Assembly (NCBI GenBank): GCA_000151265.1
Contig: GG663746.1
Span: 404,863-436,862, forward strand
Reading direction: 5' to 3'
Length of the DNA stretch: 32,000 nt
DNA from: Micromonas pusilla
Lineage: Eukaryota
Positions 28,724 to 32,000 of this stretch are shown here, piece by piece. Each line of letters starts with the position of its first letter. Within the stretch, counting starts at the first letter, position 1. The position numbers and the translations under genes are program-made. The notes under the pieces were generated by a model, which saw nothing but the letters and a program-made list of their open reading frames with translations, searched no databases and had not been told where the DNA came from.

Positions 28724-31115
28724 ACACGTTCGGCGACGCGTTCTCCGCCATCGCGGCGCGCGCTTCCGCGCGCCACTCGTCGAGTACGCCGTCGCCGCGC
28801 GTCGCCGCGTCGGCGTCCGCGTCCGCCCTCGCCCTCGCCTTCGCCTTCGCATCCGCCGCGAGGCGACGCTCCGCCGCCGCCGCCCTCGCCTCCGCGGCGG
28901 CGAGCGACGCGTCCTTCTCCGCCTCGATCGCGACGCGACGCGCGCTCGCGTCCGCGGCCGCGCTCGCCGCCGCCTCGCGCTCGCGCTCCGCCGCCGCGAG
29001 CCTCTCGCGCGTCGCTCTCAGCTCCCCGTCGGCGGTCGCGGCGTCGACGCGTCGCGTCGCCGACGCGCTCTCTCGCTCGCGCCGCGCCGCGGACAGCTCG
29101 CGCTCCGCCCTGGACAGCTCGCTCGCGAGCTTCTCGCCGCGAGTCTTCTCCGTCTCGAGCGCCTCGCGCAAGATGTCCTCCCGCGCGGCCGCGCCTCGCT
29201 CGGTGACCTCGCGATCGCGCTCAGCCGCGGCGACGTCAGCCTCGAGCGTCGTCGCGCGCGCGTCGGCGCGCTCGAGGCGCGTCTCTGAGGGCCATTCCAT
29301 ACGAGCGAACGTCGGGGTGGAGTTGAAAGGCGTCAGTTGAAGTTGAAAGGCGTCATAGGGGCGGGGATTGAAAGCGAGGAGTGGACGGAGAGATGCGCCG
29401 GGAAAAGTCCTTAAGGATCGGCGTTCACCACGCCAACGCGGTCGTATGGGGACCAGTGTATAGAACGCGCCTAGCGCGCGTCGCGTCTCCTCCGCCTCCT
29501 TCCTCCGCGCATTCTCCGTCGCGCTCTCCCGCTCCGCGGCGTCCGCGCGCTGCCGTTCCCACTTCTCCTTCGCTCTGAGCGCAGCCTCGGCGCGCCGCGA
29601 CGTCGCGCCGACGGCGCCGCCGACGGCGTCGAGGAGAAACGACGCGAGGCGCTCGTGTTTCCCCGCGCCCTCCGCGTCGCGCGCGTACGCCGCCGCCTCT
29701 CTCTCCACCGCGGAGACGACCGCGTCGACGGTCGCGTCCGGGGCGTTCACGACCGCGCCGACGCGCGAGGACGCGTCGGCGTGGAGCGTCGCGTTCTTCG
29801 CCGCCGCCGCCGCTCGGCGTCGCGCGCGGTAGTCCCTCCATTGCTTTTCGAGTCGATCCTCCGCGAGTCGCGTCCACGCGGCGCGTCGAACGTCGACGCC
29901 GCCCACCGCGGCGCCGTCGAACGTCTCCCTCGCGCGCGCCACCGACGTCGCGTGCAGCGCCGCGAGCGCGTCCGTCGCGGGGTCCGCGTCGTCGTGCTCC
30001 CCGAGCGGCGTCGCGTCCGCGGCGGGGAAGAAGGATGCGAGGTACGCGCGTTCGCCGTCCTCCGCGGCGGCGCGGCATTCCGCCTCGGCGACGCTCTGCC
30101 ACGCGGTGGCGATGGCGGGCACGGCGCCGTCGTTGATCGCGTCGACGTACTGCTTCGCCATCCCCGCGAGCGCGGGGCCGTTGAGGACGTCGCGCCCGAC
30201 CGTCTTCGGACGGCACCGCGAGAAGAGCAACGACACGAGGTCGTCGAGCCCGCGTCGGAACTCCGGGCGGAGGTCGGCGCGCGGCACCGAGGAGAGGTCG
30301 CGCAGCTGCGCCTCGTCGTTCACCGGTCGCACGAGCGGGAAGCACTCGCGCTCGGGGAATAAGCCTCGGATGGAGTCTCTGATGGCGTTCTTCGCGGCGA
30401 CGCCAGGGCCGTCGCCGGGGACGTGCCTGAGCGCGGACTCGAGGTAATCCGCGGCGGTGCCGTCGGCGAGGTCGAGATAAAAGTCGCGAAGCAGCCAGAC
30501 GAACGACGGCGAGAATCGCGCGAGGTCCGAAGCATCAGCCGCGCTTCTCCTCGCGCCAGGCCCGCTCTTCTCGCCGCCCTCCATCGCCGCCCTGACGCGG
30601 ATGTGATCGGTCATCTCCGTCACGAGCGAGAGTCGGTCCAGCGCGGCCTCGTCGATCCCGCCCATCTGGTTGTAGCAGAAGAGCGACGACAGCAGCACCG
30701 CGAGCGAGAAGATCTGCGTCGAGTACTGCCCCGTCTGGTCGTACGCGTCGACGCCCTCGGTGTCGAGCAGCACGAGGGAATAGCGCTCCCCTTCCGCGGT
30801 GACGCACGGCACGGGCTCGGACCATATCCACAACCCTTTCGTGCACGGGCGCACGGTCGGGCCGACCGCGAAGCCGTCGCGCCCGCGCGCGACGGACGCG
30901 AGCTGGTTGAGGATGAAGGACTTTCCCTGACGCGCGCGGCCGCACACGGCGAGGACGCCGACGGGGCCGCGCACGCCGCGGAGGCACGCCAGCGCGTCCT
31001 CGCCGAGCGTGAACTTCTTCGCGGCGTCGTCGTAGGAGAGGAGGTGGAGCGCGCGCCCGGCGGGGGGTGCGGCGGGCGCGGGCGCGGACGCGGACGCGCT
31101 CTTGGAGGAGAACAT
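28527..31115 (-). CDS. Guanylate-binding-protein (GBP)-family large GTPase with a coiled-coil C-terminus; exons 31115..29471 and 29284..28527
   Basis: G-domain: VLAVCGRARQGKSFILNQL (P-loop), PCTKGLWIWSEPV, LVLLDTEGVDAYDQTGQYSTQIFSLAVLLSSLFCYNQMGGIDEAALDRLSLVTEM. From memory this is very close to plant GBP-like proteins. The repeat intron is removed in phase 1, giving ...ETRRAL-E-TRLERADA. The start is set at MFSSKSASAS (31115), because the longer ORF leader is Arg-rich and overlaps the next gene. Confidence 0.88.
29285..29470 (-). mobile_element. Introner-element-like repeat intron, copy 5 (186 nt, GC-AG, phase 1) in the GBP gene
   Basis: Minus strand: gcgcgttctatacactggtccccatacgaccgcgttggcgtggtgaacgccgatccttaaggac...tgacgcctttcaacttcaactgacgcctttcaactccaccccgacgttcgctcgtatggaatggccctcag. 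The length is a multiple of 3 and it has no stop in the host frame, so the ORF track reads straight through it. Confidence 0.9.
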
Positions 31116-31333
31116 CGCGCCGAGGAGCCGAGGAGGATCTGAGGAGAAGATTCCGCCGCGCTCCCCGGCGAAGCTCCGGGCGCGAACGCGCGCGACGACG
31201 ACGACGACGACGCGGGCGCTCGGGCGCGCGAAGACGCGGGTCGGGTGTCGGCGAGGCGAGGCGCGCGGCACGCGCGAGGCGCTGTGAGAAGGGCGCGCGC
31301 GACGTGCGGCACACAGCTGTCGTTGTATTCCGT

Positions 31334-31927
31334 TCAAACGGCGCGGTCGGGTCTTTTCACGTCAGCGCTCATCGGCGACGACGCCCCAGACTCCTCGTCG
31401 GCGGCGTCTCCCTTCGCTCGCGTCCGCGCCGCGTCCTCCGTCTTCTCCCTCCTCTCGCGACGCCTCCGTCCGCACGAGAACGCGAGCCTGACCGCGAGCG
31501 CGGCGGTCAGCGGCGCGCCGACGATCACGGTCGCGTACGTCGCCGCGCGCTCGCGGATCCTCCGCGCGTCGTCGTCTCGTCCGCGTCCCTCGCCTCTCGC
31601 CTCCTCCTCCGCGTTATCGCCTCGAAGGTCGCTCCTTCCGCGCGCGACTGCGCCGTCGTCGTCGTCGCAGTCGTTCGCGTTCCCGACGCACCCCGCGTCG
31701 TTCACGTTCGTCGCGCGGTCGCTCCCGGTCAAGCCCGTCAGCGGATACCGCGGGTCCCGCGGCCGCGGCGTCGGCGTCGGCGTCTCGTCGCGCGTCGAGA
31801 ACGGCGAGCGCGCGGGCGCGGAGGCGTCGCGCGGAGGAGCGTCGGACGCGGCGGCGGACGGCGCGACGGCGAGGACGAGGCACGCGACCGCGAGGACGAC
31901 GGCGTATCGCGCGCGCGGGGGAGACAT
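31334..31927 (-). CDS. Hypothetical type I membrane protein (197 aa): signal peptide plus one C-proximal TM helix
   Basis: ATG ORF. The N-terminal hydrophobic segment AVVLAVACLVLAVAPSAAAS has a signal-peptide profile. TM-like ATYATVIVGAPLTAALAVRLAF is followed by a basic stop-transfer (CGRRRRERREK). I recognise no family. Confidence 0.5.
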   Translation of the reverse strand: MSPPRARYAVVLAVACLVLAVAPSAAASDAPPRDASAPARSPFSTRDETPTPTPRPRDPRYPLTGLTGSDRATNVNDAGCVGNANDCDDDDGAVARGRSDLRGDNAEEEARGEGRGRDDDARRIRERAATYATVIVGAPLTAALAVRLAFSCGRRRRERREKTEDAARTRAKGDAADEESGASSPMSADVKRPDRAV

Positions 31928-32000
31928 GACGAACCCGTGTGCGCGCGCGGGAGGGGGGGTGTGCGCCGCGCGCGAGCGACCGCCGCGCCGCGGCGACGCG

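Noticed and set aside
31116-31337. 74-aa N-terminal extension of the GBP ORF (MNGIQRQLCAARRARPSH...).
   Set aside because: It is Arg-rich and unlike GBP N-termini. It would overlap the stop region of the upstream gene 31334..31927. MFSSKSASAS at 31115 sits at the usual short distance before the P-loop.
1-32000. Prokaryotic-style systems: operons, defence islands, CRISPR arrays, IS elements, integrases.
   Set aside because: None seen. Genes have spliceosomal introns, organelle presequences and eukaryote-specific families (sirtuin class IV, GBP, TilB, RRM, UBL). There are no spacer-repeat arrays and no transposase or integrase ORFs. The only mobile-like sequence is the non-autonomous intron repeat.

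Overview
Very GC-rich, gene-dense eukaryotic nuclear DNA. There are no operons, Shine-Dalgarno sites, CRISPR arrays or rRNA. Genes are separated by short AT-richer spacers and carry a few short spliceosomal introns. I support 15 protein-coding genes: TilB/LRRC6-like (partial), a small plastid-type membrane protein, a TrhO/YceA-type rhodanese, a 3-RRM RNA-binding protein, a class IV sirtuin, a MATE transporter, a PARL-type rhomboid, a Lys-rich triple C2HC zinc-finger protein, a UBL+ZZ low-complexity protein, a large charged protein with an HTH-like N-terminus, an IQ-motif protein, an LHC-like protein, a coiled-coil CBM20 starch-binding protein, a GBP-type large GTPase and a small signal-peptide/TM protein. 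There are also two tRNA-Pro genes, one interrupted by a 41-nt intron. The main non-genic signal is a dispersed 163-197 nt repeat present five times. Each copy is exactly coextensive with a spliceosomal intron, and each lies in the sense orientation of its host gene. From memory this matches the 'introner elements' described for Micromonas pusilla CCMP1545, so the window is probably a Micromonas-like prasinophyte chromosome; a database search would be needed to confirm this. Four of the five copies use GC-AG borders. The fifth is 3'-truncated, uses GT-AG, and is flanked by a perfect 12-nt direct duplication of the exon target. Three further non-repeat introns are inferred from frame and domain continuity; all begin GTGCG(T/C). 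Many long ORFs in the supplied track are Arg/Pro/Ala-rich mirror ORFs caused by the GC content, and I rejected them.
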